Assembly (NCBI GenBank): GCA_017609625.1
Contig: JAFCDN010000001.1
Span: forward strand, 3,230 to 67,229
Length of the DNA stretch: 64,000 bases
DNA from: Candidatus Iainarchaeum sp.
Lineage (GTDB): Archaea; Iainarchaeota; Iainarchaeia; Iainarchaeales; 1-14-0-10-31-34
Direction: 5' to 3'
Shown here: one piece after another, positions 16,858-26,604 of the stretch
Layout: each line of letters begins with the position of its first letter
Numbering within the stretch: position 1 is the stretch's first letter
Made by a program: the position numbers and the translations under genes
Notes under the pieces: model-generated
Seen by the model: only the letters and a program-made list of their open reading frames with translations
Databases searched by the model: none
What the model was told of the DNA's origin: nothing

Positions 16858-18585
16858 TCACAATTTATCTAAATTCAGTTTTTTTTCTGCAGCTCTGAAA
16901 ACATTATCCGGATTGCTGTAATAATGTTTCATTACTTCTCCTACTTTATTCACTTCATTTATTTTCTTTTCAACCATCCATTCCAGAATCTTTTTTCTTT
17001 GATCTAAATCTTCGTATATTTCCTGTTCAGTCAAGCCGGTATGCAGATTTAATTCCCCAAAAAACTTTGTTGGTTCATCTATTTTGTCCCAGGAATCTGT
17101 TCTTGGCGACCATCTGTAAATAGTGTTTGTTGCTACAGTGCCTTCATGCATTCCAATGTCTATTTCGCTTAATTCCATTGTTCTTCTTTTGTTTGTTTTC
17201 CTGTCTCTGTATTGCACTAATACAAGATGTAATGCTTCCACTTCTAATGAAGGAATTTCTATTGGAGGTTCAGTTAATCTCCTGATTAACTGCCTTCCTG
17301 AATCAGCATGCATTGTAGAATAAACTGAATGCCCTGTGTGCATTGCCTCAAACAACACTTCAGCTTCTTTTTTTCTTCTCATTTCTCCTAAAATTATCCT
17401 GTCTGGCCTCATTCTCAAAGAAGACATCATTAAATCAAACATACTTACTTCTCCTAAACCTTCAGGGTTAGGATTTCTTGTGGTTAATGGAATCCAGTTC
17501 CATTTCAGATATTCCGGCAAAGTCAGTTCCCTTACATCTTCTATTGTAATTATTCTGTGATAGCTTGGAATCATTGCGCATAAGGTATTCAAAGCAGAAG
17601 TTTTTCCTGAAGCAGTTGAACCTGCAATCATTAAGTTCATTTCATATTGTATTGCCATCCACAAAAAAGCAGCCATCTCTGAATTCATTGTATGTTTTTC
17701 CGGGGAAATAAAATCTGTTATAGTCCATGGTTTTCTTGCAAATTTTCTTATAGTAATTGTATTCCCTGAAGAAGATATAGGATAAAGCGTTGCATTAACC
17801 CTGTCTCCTGTAAGCAATTGTGCATCCAAAATTGGATTTAAGTTTGTTATTTCTCTTCCCATTTTTCTTGCAATCTGCCCTGCATAATTTTCAATCAGCT
17901 GTTCTGATTCCAGAGTCAAGTTTGTTTTTAACCAGCCAAATTCTCTGTGGTAAACTGCAATATTTGTTTTTGCAGAATTTATTGCAATCTCTTCAAGCAG
18001 GTTGTCTTTCATTAATAATTCCAGTTCTCCCATTCCATACATTTCGTGCAGTAAAATCCCTGCAAGTTTTTCAGTAACTTTTTTTTCTGTTTCAGGGAAA
18101 TATTTCAGCAGAGTTTTGTTTACTGTTTGAACAAATTTTTCTCTTAATTTTTCGTTTGTTGAATCTCCTTCAATTGAAACTTCTTTTGCTATTTCTTCTT
18201 TTATTTCATCCAGAAAAGCTTCTGTTGCCTTGTCTACTTTGTCAAAATCCAATAAATAAAAAGGTCTTTTGCTGTCTTTTGGCTGCATTATTTTTGCTTT
18301 TGCTTTGTTTGTATCAGCAATTAATTCGTATTCCTGTAAAACTTTTTCTGCTTTTCTTGGAATATCTGGCTCTAATTTAACTTCTTTTTCTATTTTAATA
18401 AAAGGCTTTGATAAAACATTTGCCGGATACACTACATTTATTATTCCTGTTTTTTCCATTACTTTTGCAGTTAACTCCACTTTATTTTTATCCCACCATA
18501 ATTCTCTTGATATCTCTTCAATTGAAGCTTTTTTATTTTTTTGCAGAAATTTTACTAACTCAAAAATCTTTGTTTTTAGAATCAT
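16858..18585 (-). CDS. Type II/IV secretion ATPase (archaeal pilus assembly ATPase) with N-terminal winged-helix-like extension
   Basis: TITIRKF, Walker A GSTASGKT, ITIEDVREL, LRMRPDRIILGEMR, MHTGHSVYSTMHA. Confidence 0.94.
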   Translation of the reverse strand: MILKTKIFELVKFLQKNKKASIEEISRELWWDKNKVELTAKVMEKTGIINVVYPANVLSKPFIKIEKEVKLEPDIPRKAEKVLQEYELIADTNKAKAKIMQPKDSKRPFYLLDFDKVDKATEAFLDEIKEEIAKEVSIEGDSTNEKLREKFVQTVNKTLLKYFPETEKKVTEKLAGILLHEMYGMGELELLMKDNLLEEIAINSAKTNIAVYHREFGWLKTNLTLESEQLIENYAGQIARKMGREITNLNPILDAQLLTGDRVNATLYPISSSGNTITIRKFARKPWTITDFISPEKHTMNSEMAAFLWMAIQYEMNLMIAGSTASGKTSALNTLCAMIPSYHRIITIEDVRELTLPEYLKWNWIPLTTRNPNPEGLGEVSMFDLMMSSLRMRPDRIILGEMRRKKEAEVLFEAMHTGHSVYSTMHADSGRQLIRRLTEPPIEIPSLEVEALHLVLVQYRDRKTNKRRTMELSEIDIGMHEGTVATNTIYRWSPRTDSWDKIDEPTKFFGELNLHTGLTEQEIYEDLDQRKKILEWMVEKKINEVNKVGEVMKHYYSNPDNVFRAAEKKLNLDKL

Positions 18586-18703
18586 TTTTTTCTCCTTTCA
18601 CCAATAATACTGTATTTTTATTAATAAACCTAACTTGCCTGTGCTGACTAATAGAATAGCTTAAAAAACATTATTCTAAGGGTAATATTTTCAAGGTGAT
18701 TAT

Positions 18704-19057
18704 ATGAAAGGATTTTTTAATAAAAAATTTGCTTTGCTGATTGTTTTTGCAGGATTAATTTTAATGGGAACAAATTTTCTTCCGACAGAAACAACAAATG
18801 TTAAAGCAGTTTTAGAAAAAGATTTACAAGCAATTGAAGGGCCTACTTCGTTTTTAGCAGCAGAACCCTCCTGCAAGGTTTTTACTAATAATGGTTGTTA
18901 TTGTAAAGGCACTTCATGTACCAAAAGTAATGGCGGTGGTTATATAGCTTGTGACGATGGCGATGCTAGTACAGATCCAATGACTTGTGGAGATTCCTTA
19001 AAAGCAGGCGATAACTCTTGCTCTTGTGAACAGATGGCAATTCCTCCTGCTAATTAA
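18704..19057 (+). CDS. Small secreted cysteine-rich protein
   Basis: AGGTG RBS, signal-peptide-like N-terminus, 8 Cys in the last about 60 aa. Confidence 0.75.
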   Translation: MKGFFNKKFALLIVFAGLILMGTNFLPTETTNVKAVLEKDLQAIEGPTSFLAAEPSCKVFTNNGCYCKGTSCTKSNGGGYIACDDGDASTDPMTCGDSLKAGDNSCSCEQMAIPPAN

Positions 19058-19188
19058 TTGTTTTTCCATTCAAATTTTATTTGGTTTTCTAACCATTTCC
19101 TTTTTTATTTTTTTTCTTTTTATTATTCAACAGAAGCTTTTGGATTCAAAAACTTTTTTCAAAAAATACTTTGATGTTGCAGTGGTAA

Positions 19189-19229
19189 TAATCCTTGCAA
19201 TAGTAATCCTTGCAATAGTAATCCTTGCA
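19189..19229 (+). repeat. 15-bp tandem repeat, about 2.7 copies
   Basis: TAATCCTTGCAATAG units encoding VILAI repeats in a small hydrophobic ORF that ends at 19253. Confidence 0.8.
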
Positions 19230-19249
19230 GCGGTAATAATGACTAATTC

Positions 19250-20125
19250 TTAGTTTTTTTCAAATCCTTTTAACTCAAGAAGCGAATTTGAATTCAGGTC
19301 TGTTTGGTTATAATTTAACTCTGCATCCAAAAACGCTTTGAAAGAAACATCTGCATTTAAGGGATTCATTTCTCCTTTAAAAGAAAAATCAATTTCTTGC
19401 TGAGAAGAAGTTTTGTTTAAAACTCTTAATGCATTAACTTTGTTGCTGAAAGTTCCAATATGAATCTCTATAATATCCTTTGGATTTTCAGAAAATCTTG
19501 CAGTAATTACATTATCAAATCCAGAGTTAATCTGCAATGTTTCGTGTTTTTCATTTAATATATTTTCATCAACATAATTAAAGTTTACAGTTAAATCAGG
19601 GTTTGAAGTATCAAGGGTTTCTGTAACTTCGACAGAGCTTCCCTGAACAGTTAAATTCAAATCCATTGAACTCAAATTAGTGTCTTTATTTCCTGCGTGA
19701 AAAAAAACTGATGTTTCTTCTGCATCAAACTCATACTCATAATTCAAGCCATTGCTGAAAACAATCGGAATAATTCCTTGTGTTGAATCAAAATCTAATT
19801 CAATTACTGCATTGTTTATTGAAGAATAGCTTGTTTCAATAAAGTCTTTGAATTTATCCATTCTTTGTGCTTTATCAAAGCCTGCAGGAATTTTTTCCCT
19901 AAAAACCACTTCTAAATTGCTGTTTCTGTTTACTGAAATTTCTGTTCCAAGAATTTTGTTTACATCAAAACCCAAGTCATCTTTTACAAACTCTAGTTTA
20001 GAATACTTCTGAATTTCTTTTACAGAAAAATTCCTTGAATTTACATTATCAAAATAAAACATTGAAAAAAACAGCATTGAAGAAAGCAAAAGTATTGCAC
20101 TAAAGCTCATTACATATCCTTTCAT
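19250..20125 (-). CDS. Pilin-like protein (class III signal peptide)
   Basis: MKG|YVMS plus hydrophobic helix; coupled to the upstream pilin genes. Confidence 0.75.
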   Translation of the reverse strand: MKGYVMSFSAILLLSSMLFFSMFYFDNVNSRNFSVKEIQKYSKLEFVKDDLGFDVNKILGTEISVNRNSNLEVVFREKIPAGFDKAQRMDKFKDFIETSYSSINNAVIELDFDSTQGIIPIVFSNGLNYEYEFDAEETSVFFHAGNKDTNLSSMDLNLTVQGSSVEVTETLDTSNPDLTVNFNYVDENILNEKHETLQINSGFDNVITARFSENPKDIIEIHIGTFSNKVNALRVLNKTSSQQEIDFSFKGEMNPLNADVSFKAFLDAELNYNQTDLNSNSLLELKGFEKN

Positions 20126-20547
20126 TTTGCCACCTTAACCCAAGACTTTAGTTCAGCCCAATAAAATTTTTCATTTTTTGGGACAAAAAAACTTCTTTTA
20201 GTTGAAAGCACTGAACCAGTATTTTTTTTACACCCTTTTTTTGTCGCACTGCTGAATGCGCTTGAATCATCATCAAAATCAAACACGCTTAACTCAAAAC
20301 ACAAATTTTTTGATGTTTTGTTCAGATACTTTCCCAGCTCTTTATTTTTGTTTTCCATTACTGCTTCTTCTAGTTTTCCGCTTTTCTCTAATACAGTTAA
20401 AACATCTTTTGATACTGCGCTTAATTTTTCATCAGCCAGAAAACCGTGTTTGCTTGCAGAAAAATGAGTTGAAATAGAAACAAGCATTGCAAAAGCAATA
20501 AGCAATGCAATCACTGCATCAATTGAAATAATAAACCCTTTTTTCAT
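20122..20547 (-). CDS. Minor pilin-like protein
   Basis: KKG|FIISIDA plus hydrophobic helix. Confidence 0.8.
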   Translation of the reverse strand: MKKGFIISIDAVIALLIAFAMLVSISTHFSASKHGFLADEKLSAVSKDVLTVLEKSGKLEEAVMENKNKELGKYLNKTSKNLCFELSVFDFDDDSSAFSSATKKGCKKNTGSVLSTKRSFFVPKNEKFYWAELKSWVKVAK

Positions 20548-21044
20548 TTAAACACTCCTAAAATCAATTTTCTTTCAGCCCCATTTAGCAAAACATATCT
20601 TTCAACTATAACAGTATTTTCTGTTGAAGGAAAAGTCCCAAACTCTTTTACCGAACTTCCGTTTATTTCTGTTACTTTAAAATAAAATTCATATTTTGAC
20701 AGCCCTAAAATTTCTTTTATTGTTTCATATTCTGTTGCATTTAAATCAACCAGTCTGTCAATTTTTTCTTCATCTAAAACATTTCTTTCTTTTGCTATTC
20801 CAAGTGAATTCACATTCAAATCTGAAAGCAGTTCCCATGAATTTGGATCCCCTGAAGTTGAAACCAAGACTTCGCTTGCATTCAATGCTTTTTCCTGCAT
20901 TTCAGAATAAAATTCCTCTTCATTTAATGAATTCTGAATCAAACCAAAACTCGTGCTTGAAACTACTAAAATAAAAAGCAATACAGTAACTGCAACAATC
21001 AAGTCTGTAGTAAAAATCTGCCCTTTAGAGTTCTTCAACTTCAA
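20544..21044 (-). CDS. Minor pilin-like protein
   Basis: SKG|QIFTTD plus hydrophobic helix; GDPNSWE motif. Confidence 0.8.
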   Translation of the reverse strand: MKLKNSKGQIFTTDLIVAVTVLLFILVVSSTSFGLIQNSLNEEEFYSEMQEKALNASEVLVSTSGDPNSWELLSDLNVNSLGIAKERNVLDEEKIDRLVDLNATEYETIKEILGLSKYEFYFKVTEINGSSVKEFGTFPSTENTVIVERYVLLNGAERKLILGVFK

Positions 21045-21408
21045 TCACTCCTTGATTATTCCGTATTTCTATTGTACTTGCATTTGCTTTTGAAGTAAAA
21101 TCAATGTTGTTTGTCAAAACACTTGAAGAAACAAACTGCCCTTGTGCATAATTTACTTTTAGATAATTTTCTTCAAACTCTAATTCAAAATCAAACTCTT
21201 TTGTTATTATTGTTTCACTTCCGTCTCCTGCAATATAAATTCCATTAACTCCTATTGCAACTTTTTGCATCAGAGTTTTTGCCTTTATTTTTTCTGAGTT
21301 AAAATTAATGTTTTCCTGCTGCTGGATTGAAACAAAAACAACCAGAGAAAACAAAGAAAAAAGAATAACCAGTGTAATTACAAATTCTGCTGTAACCTGT
21401 CCTTTCAT
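21025..21408 (-). CDS. Minor pilin-like protein
   Basis: MKG|QVTAEF plus hydrophobic helix. Confidence 0.82.
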   Translation of the reverse strand: MKGQVTAEFVITLVILFSLFSLVVFVSIQQQENINFNSEKIKAKTLMQKVAIGVNGIYIAGDGSETIITKEFDFELEFEENYLKVNYAQGQFVSSSVLTNNIDFTSKANASTIEIRNNQGVIEVEEL

Positions 21409-21419
21409 TTAAAATCACT

Positions 21420-23927
21420 TTAAGGTATTACCACTGCCCCGCCTTGGACTACATTTATATCATCAATGTAAAAATAATCTCTGCGGTTATTCATTCCTGC
21501 ATCAAATGCAATCCAGAATTCGCCTGAAGGATTATAGCCGCTTAAATTAAATGAATAGAAATGATATTGGTTATCTGAGTCAGCAAAAGTGAATGTTTTA
21601 ATTGTAGTCCAGTTTGTATGGTCAGATGAAACTCTTACATAAGCTCTGTCAAGGACTTCAAAGCCATTTATTTTAGCCCAAAACTCTAATCTTGCATTTG
21701 GATAACTGCTTAAATCAACTGATCTTTCAGCATATCCTGTGTCTCTTCTTAACCTTAAATGATTTGGAGAACTATGTGGTGTTTCTCTGTTTGTAATTGA
21801 AGTGTCGCCTAAATAATTCCATGGAGCAAGCCATCCAGTTCCAGAACTCCAGCTTGTGTCAGGGAAAGTGTGCTCTGCAATTACTACTGTCTCTAAAGAC
21901 AATATTCTAATGCTTCTGTTTTCCCCGCTTGTGCCTGTATTAGAATTTTCAGAGTCATCTGTGCAAGTTACATCCCAAGTGTAATTTCCATTGCTTTCAA
22001 ATGTTTTGCTGAAAGTCTGTGTAACTCCTTCTGCTATTGTATTATCTGTCTGGTCTACTGCTCCGTCAATTATCAGTTCACAGAAAGCAATTCCTGATTC
22101 TGCATCAGTTACATTATATTCAAAGTCTATATCATAAGTTCCTGAAGTGTAGTTGTCAATTGGAGATTCTAATGCAACAACAGGTGCAGTAATATTTGTT
22201 GAAATATTAATTGTCCTGCTCTCGCTTGCCCCGGTATTTGGAATAACATAATCGTCAGTGCATCTTACAGCCCAAACATAACTTCCATTTGAGCTGAATG
22301 TTTTGCTAAAGCTCTGAGTAACTCCTTCTGTAATTGATGTATCAGTCTGGTCTACTCCTCCATCAATCAATAATTCACAGTTTGCTATTCCAGAGATTGC
22401 ATCATTTACATTATACTCAAAAGTGACATCATAGCTTGTTGAACTATAACTATTTGCCGGGCTTTCCAAAGCAATAATCGGAGGATCTGAATCTGGAGTT
22501 CCAGCAGAATAATAAACTGGAGTAGTATAAGTGCTTCCATCTAAAAACTCAAATGTAATTCTGAAATATTCTCCATCGTCATTTACAACTGCATTAAATC
22601 TTAATCTGTTTCCTGAAGTATAATTTGTTGAAGTAGGAATACTAAAGTCTGTATTATCCATCCATTCTCCTGCGCCTGCATTTCCACTCCATTCTTCTGG
22701 GTTTCCATTAAATCTTACTCCTCTTAAAGTTGCATTATCTTGATCTGATTCATTCCAATCCCAAACAATAATTCTTGAGATTACAATTGTTGCGCTTGAA
22801 CTGGCATTTCCCATTGTCCAGTTTCTTAATCTTGTTCCAGCAATATTAAATGTTACAGTACTCCAGTCAAAGTAGAAATTGTCTGCCATTTCTGCAATGC
22901 TTACATCAAGTGAAATAAAATCTGAGTTTGTTCCGTCTGATGCAGTAACTGTTCCAGTGTCACTTGTCCCCCCAATTGGAACATTAATTGTTACAGTAAT
23001 TTCTTGACAAGTGTTTCCTTCTAAAGAATCAATTGATGCAATCGGATCAACCCATTCTCCTGCATCTCCGCTTGAAGAAGTAAAAACAATGTTTGTCAGT
23101 TTTGAATCAGTTGTATTGCACACCTGAAAAGTGTTTGAATCACTTGTGCCAGCATCTATTGTCAGATTCCAAGAATCAGGAAAAATCATTAAAGGTTCTC
23201 CCCCGCCGCTTATAATAACTTCTACAGTTAATGGAACAACAATTCTTTTGCTTCCGTCAACTGTATCAATATCAAAAACCAGTTCCCCAACATAATTTCC
23301 CACTGCAGTTGAACCAGAACTAAAATTCAAATTTATCCCATAACTTGAGCCAGTTCCAACAACAAAAGAATTCTCACTTAAAGACAAAGAAACCTCTGAA
23401 GAACTCCAAGTACTTGTAACAGTTACTGTTGCATTTCCGCTTGTATTATTTATTATTTTAATGTTTTCTATTGCTGTTGCATCCTGTGCTATAGTCGAAT
23501 AAACACTTCCTTTGTCTGTTTCAATTTGAACATCTCCCACCAAAACATATCCTTCATAGGCAGTAATCCAGATCCAATGCCCGCCTTGTTCTGTTGGAAT
23601 ACTTCCAGTTAATTCAACTTTTGCTTCAGAAATAATGTCTGTTCCATTTATGTTAAGCCTTACAGTATTATTTGTTATTCCTGTTTTTGTTTTATCTATT
23701 CCTGAAGGGATTGAAACAAAAATCTGTTTTTTTGTTCCTGTTCCTGCAGAAAAAACTTCTTCTGCAGTTTTTGCAATTTTGTCTGCAGTATATTGTGCAT
23801 CATAATTTGCTTTAGTCAAGTTCACTGTGTTGATTTCTTCATTTGATACAACAAGAATTATTCCAATTAAAACCATTGAAACTGCAAGAATTACAAGCAG
23901 TTCAACTGACGCCTGTGCTTTATTCAT
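21420..23927 (-). CDS. Large pilin-like adhesin with Ig-like repeats
   Basis: KA|QASVE class III signal; Ser/Thr-rich beta domains; two near-duplicate about 100-aa units (ALESP...FEYNV...SGIA.CEL.IDG.VDQTD...CTDD); aromatic-rich C-terminal domain. Confidence 0.82.
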   Translation of the reverse strand: MNKAQASVELLVILAVSMVLIGIILVVSNEEINTVNLTKANYDAQYTADKIAKTAEEVFSAGTGTKKQIFVSIPSGIDKTKTGITNNTVRLNINGTDIISEAKVELTGSIPTEQGGHWIWITAYEGYVLVGDVQIETDKGSVYSTIAQDATAIENIKIINNTSGNATVTVTSTWSSSEVSLSLSENSFVVGTGSSYGINLNFSSGSTAVGNYVGELVFDIDTVDGSKRIVVPLTVEVIISGGGEPLMIFPDSWNLTIDAGTSDSNTFQVCNTTDSKLTNIVFTSSSGDAGEWVDPIASIDSLEGNTCQEITVTINVPIGGTSDTGTVTASDGTNSDFISLDVSIAEMADNFYFDWSTVTFNIAGTRLRNWTMGNASSSATIVISRIIVWDWNESDQDNATLRGVRFNGNPEEWSGNAGAGEWMDNTDFSIPTSTNYTSGNRLRFNAVVNDDGEYFRITFEFLDGSTYTTPVYYSAGTPDSDPPIIALESPANSYSSTSYDVTFEYNVNDAISGIANCELLIDGGVDQTDTSITEGVTQSFSKTFSSNGSYVWAVRCTDDYVIPNTGASESRTINISTNITAPVVALESPIDNYTSGTYDIDFEYNVTDAESGIAFCELIIDGAVDQTDNTIAEGVTQTFSKTFESNGNYTWDVTCTDDSENSNTGTSGENRSIRILSLETVVIAEHTFPDTSWSSGTGWLAPWNYLGDTSITNRETPHSSPNHLRLRRDTGYAERSVDLSSYPNARLEFWAKINGFEVLDRAYVRVSSDHTNWTTIKTFTFADSDNQYHFYSFNLSGYNPSGEFWIAFDAGMNNRRDYFYIDDINVVQGGAVVIP

Positions 23928-23978
23928 TTAACTCCTAATTTAATAATGAAAAGCCTTTATTATACTTTTTCTTTGAAA

Positions 23979-24203
23979 TCAGTAAAGCGTGCTCAAAGTT
24001 CTTTTTGCTTCCACATAAGTCCAAATTGTTGCGCCAAAAGAACACATTGAAATAAAATAGAAAACTAAAGCAGTCAAACTATAAGCTCTTGTTTGAGCCA
24101 GGATTCCTTCAATTAAAGTCACAAGCCCAAAGCTTATCAGTATAGCTCCGCTTAAAATAAAAAAAGCAGCTTTTAATCCCTGCTTTAACTCGTCTTTTTG
24201 CAT
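23979..24203 (-). CDS. Small two-TM membrane protein
   Basis: 74 aa with two hydrophobic helices; lies between the KaiC-like gene and the pilin genes. Confidence 0.65.
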   Translation of the reverse strand: MQKDELKQGLKAAFFILSGAILISFGLVTLIEGILAQTRAYSLTALVFYFISMCSFGATIWTYVEAKRTLSTLY

Positions 24204-24212
24204 TCTACCAAC

Positions 24213-25061
24213 TCAAAATATTTCTATGTCTGCATAGATTTTTATTCCTTCCTTTTCAAAATTCAAAGCACAAACTTTGTTTGTATGCCTTGTGCCGCGC
24301 ATTTTTAATATCTCCAATGAATGAACTCTAACGTCTTTTTCTTCTTTTTTTTCATAATACAATGAAATCACTGCATCAACCAAAAACCCTACAGAGCCTT
24401 TTGTTGTTTCAGCTTCTTTTGGGCTCATTTCACTTACAATAATTGAAGTGCAGTCCCATTTTTTTATTAATTCAAAAAACCTCAAAATGCTTTCTCTTTG
24501 CTGGTATTCATCTTTAAACAGCAGGCCATATGAAGTGATTGAATCAATCACTATTCTTTTTGCTTTCATTTGCTGTATTGCATCTTTTATTGGTCCGCCT
24601 CCTTGTTCTAATAATCTTCCAACCTGATGAGGTTTATATTCTAAAACTCTGAATAAACCTTTTTTTTCCAGTTCTTCAAAGTTCCATCCATATTCTGCAC
24701 TGTGTTTGTAGTATGATTCCTTGCTTTCTTCAAAGCTGATTAAAATTCCTGGTTCATTGTATTTTACTGCCCCATAATACAAAAACTGCAGTCCAAAAGT
24801 TGTTTTTCCTGTTCCAGCGCTTCCTGCAACAAGAATAGTTGAATTTTTTTCAAACCCGCCTTCAATCAGTTCATCAAAACCAAGAATCCCTGAAGGCACT
24901 CTCTTTAATTTTTTGAATCTGCTTTCATCTAATTTTGGTTCTGCTGTTTTTTCTTCTGTTTTTAATTCTTGAATTTCTTTTTTTTGTGAAGTTTTTTCTG
25001 GTTTTTTTGGTTCTTCTTTTATTCCTAGATCTTCTTTGATTTCAATTTTCTTTTCTGCCAT
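24213..25061 (-). CDS. KaiC/RAD55-like ATPase with charged N-terminal extension
   Basis: RVPSGILGFDELIEGG, GSAGTGKT, ISFEE, VIDSIT, LKMRGTRH; likely start MAEKK after AGGTG RBS. Confidence 0.9.
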   Translation of the reverse strand: MAEKKIEIKEDLGIKEEPKKPEKTSQKKEIQELKTEEKTAEPKLDESRFKKLKRVPSGILGFDELIEGGFEKNSTILVAGSAGTGKTTFGLQFLYYGAVKYNEPGILISFEESKESYYKHSAEYGWNFEELEKKGLFRVLEYKPHQVGRLLEQGGGPIKDAIQQMKAKRIVIDSITSYGLLFKDEYQQRESILRFFELIKKWDCTSIIVSEMSPKEAETTKGSVGFLVDAVISLYYEKKEEKDVRVHSLEILKMRGTRHTNKVCALNFEKEGIKIYADIEIF

Positions 25062-25188
25062 TAAACACACCTTTTTGGAAAAAAGCTGTACCAAAAAACT
25101 TTTCTTTAATAAAAAGCATTTTGTTCTTTAAATACTTATTTTTTTATAAAAAAAAAAGAAAAAGAAAAAAAGCGTTTAAACGCTTTTT

Positions 25189-25551
25189 TTATGATTTCAT
25201 TGCAAGGTTTTTGATTGCAACTAATGCAACTATTACTGCTGCTGGAGCAACAAAGACTGCAATGTATTCAAAGATGCTTGACAAAATTGTTCCTAATAAA
25301 GGAATTGCCTTGTCTATCGCTGAAAATGTTCCAATAGCTCCTGTTGCAAGCAATGCAATTGATGCAATCAAGAAAGGAGTTGTCTCTTTGTCTTTAATGT
25401 TTAGCAATCCAACTAGAATTCCTAAGATTACCAAAACAAGAGGCGCCCATCCAATAAAGTCTGTTGGAATGTATTCGCTGAAAACACCAAGCAAGAATGC
25501 AATTATTACACCTATTACAAATGCCCATTCTCCGATTTTTTCTAATTCCAT
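25189..25551 (-). CDS. Hypothetical four-TM membrane protein
   Basis: GGAGG RBS then MELEKIGEWAF; GILVGLLNIKDKETTPFLIA; FVAPAA. Confidence 0.75.
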   Translation of the reverse strand: MELEKIGEWAFVIGVIIAFLLGVFSEYIPTDFIGWAPLVLVILGILVGLLNIKDKETTPFLIASIALLATGAIGTFSAIDKAIPLLGTILSSIFEYIAVFVAPAAVIVALVAIKNLAMKS

Positions 25552-25563
25552 TTTTCTTCCTCC

Positions 25564-25664
25564 TTTAACCTTTTCAAAGGTTAAACAAAAGCACAACCTA
25601 AAGTTGAGCTTGTTTTTCGCAAAACGAAAAACCTTTTTGTTCAACCTTTTTTCAAAAAAGGTTG
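25564..25664. repeat. Two oppositely oriented REP-like palindromes
   Basis: TTTAACCTTTT-C-AAAGGTTAAA-CAAAA (25564-25590) and TTTTG-TT-CAACCTTTTTT-C-AAAAAAGGTTG (25635-25664). Confidence 0.55.
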
Positions 25665-25785
25665 TTTAATAAAACAATTTATTGTAAGGATTTAGTATTT
25701 CTTATTTAAATTCTTTTGCTTTTAGAATTCCTTTCTTTTTCTTATAAAAAAGTGCTAAAAACACGCAGAATCAGCAAATAAAGAG

Positions 25786-26060
25786 TGTGGGCATGCTTTA
25801 AAGTCGAGTTAAAACAAAAAACAGAATTAGCCCTTAATTGCTCTCCCTTCCGTTGATCCCAAAAGCATTAAGCAGTAAAATTTCCGTTGCTTCCTTCCAG
25901 ATCTGGCGGGTTGGTTTTAAAACTTAATCTTAGGGGACAGAAGTTCATAGAAACAAACAAGGATTCTATTCTTTGGATTAAACCCTTCCCCAAAGCTTCG
26001 ACTCCTGCTAAAGCAGATTTCAGGTAACAGAGAACTGCTGACTCTCCAGCCTAGCCCACT
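25786..26060 (-). ncRNA. ffs: Archaeal SRP RNA (7S)
   Basis: Helix 8 SRP54-binding motif CCGCCAGATCT-GGAA-GGAAGCAACGG; helix 1 termini GTGGGC/GCCCAC; Alu-like 5' region; TTTAAA box about 25 nt upstream. Confidence 0.9.
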
Positions 26061-26126
26061 ATGAATTATTAAAAAAAAAGGTTTAAAAAGGTAAAAAACC
26101 TAATAAATAGTATTGAGGAGATTCTT

Positions 26127-26543
26127 ATGAAAAAGTTAACCAAAGAATTATTGAGAATAATAGGCGTTTGGGTTTTAGCTAATGCAGGGATTACAACATT
26201 AAAAGTTTCAACAGATGAGGCTATAAAATGGGGTAAATTTTCTTCAGCATGGGTGGAAATTAATAACAGAAATCAACCTCAATTTAAAAGAGATGCTAAT
26301 AAAAGAGAATTTAACAGAGAGTTGAGAAAAAAGATTCGACAAGTAGGAGGACATGCTTTTAATCCAGGAACCGTTGCAATCGCAAGTGCATTAGCATTTG
26401 GATCATATGGGATAGGTAATACTAGGAAGGAAAAAAAAAGACACGAAACATCTAAAGGAAAGTCTAGAGGAACTCCTGGAAGAGGAACCTATTCCCGCAA
26501 AAACCCTCCAAAAAAGCCTCGCAGGCAAAACTATAGAAGATAA
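26127..26543 (+). CDS. Hypothetical protein with Arg/Lys-rich C-terminus
   Basis: GAGGAG RBS, 138 aa, two weakly hydrophobic segments. Confidence 0.6.
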   Translation: MKKLTKELLRIIGVWVLANAGITTLKVSTDEAIKWGKFSSAWVEINNRNQPQFKRDANKREFNRELRKKIRQVGGHAFNPGTVAIASALAFGSYGIGNTRKEKKRHETSKGKSRGTPGRGTYSRKNPPKKPRRQNYRR

Positions 26544-26604
26544 CAATCTTTTAAGCAAAGAAAAACTTCAAATGTTTTTTAATAACATAAAATCAAAACT
26601 CTAT

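Noticed and set aside
18625-18640. Similarity of minus-strand AGGCAAGTTAGGTTT to 364-377
   Set aside because: Short gapped match with only two instances; compatible with chance.
19189-19229. Possible CRISPR mini-array
   Set aside because: Head-to-tail 15-bp units without spacers; no cas genes or arrays seen in the window.
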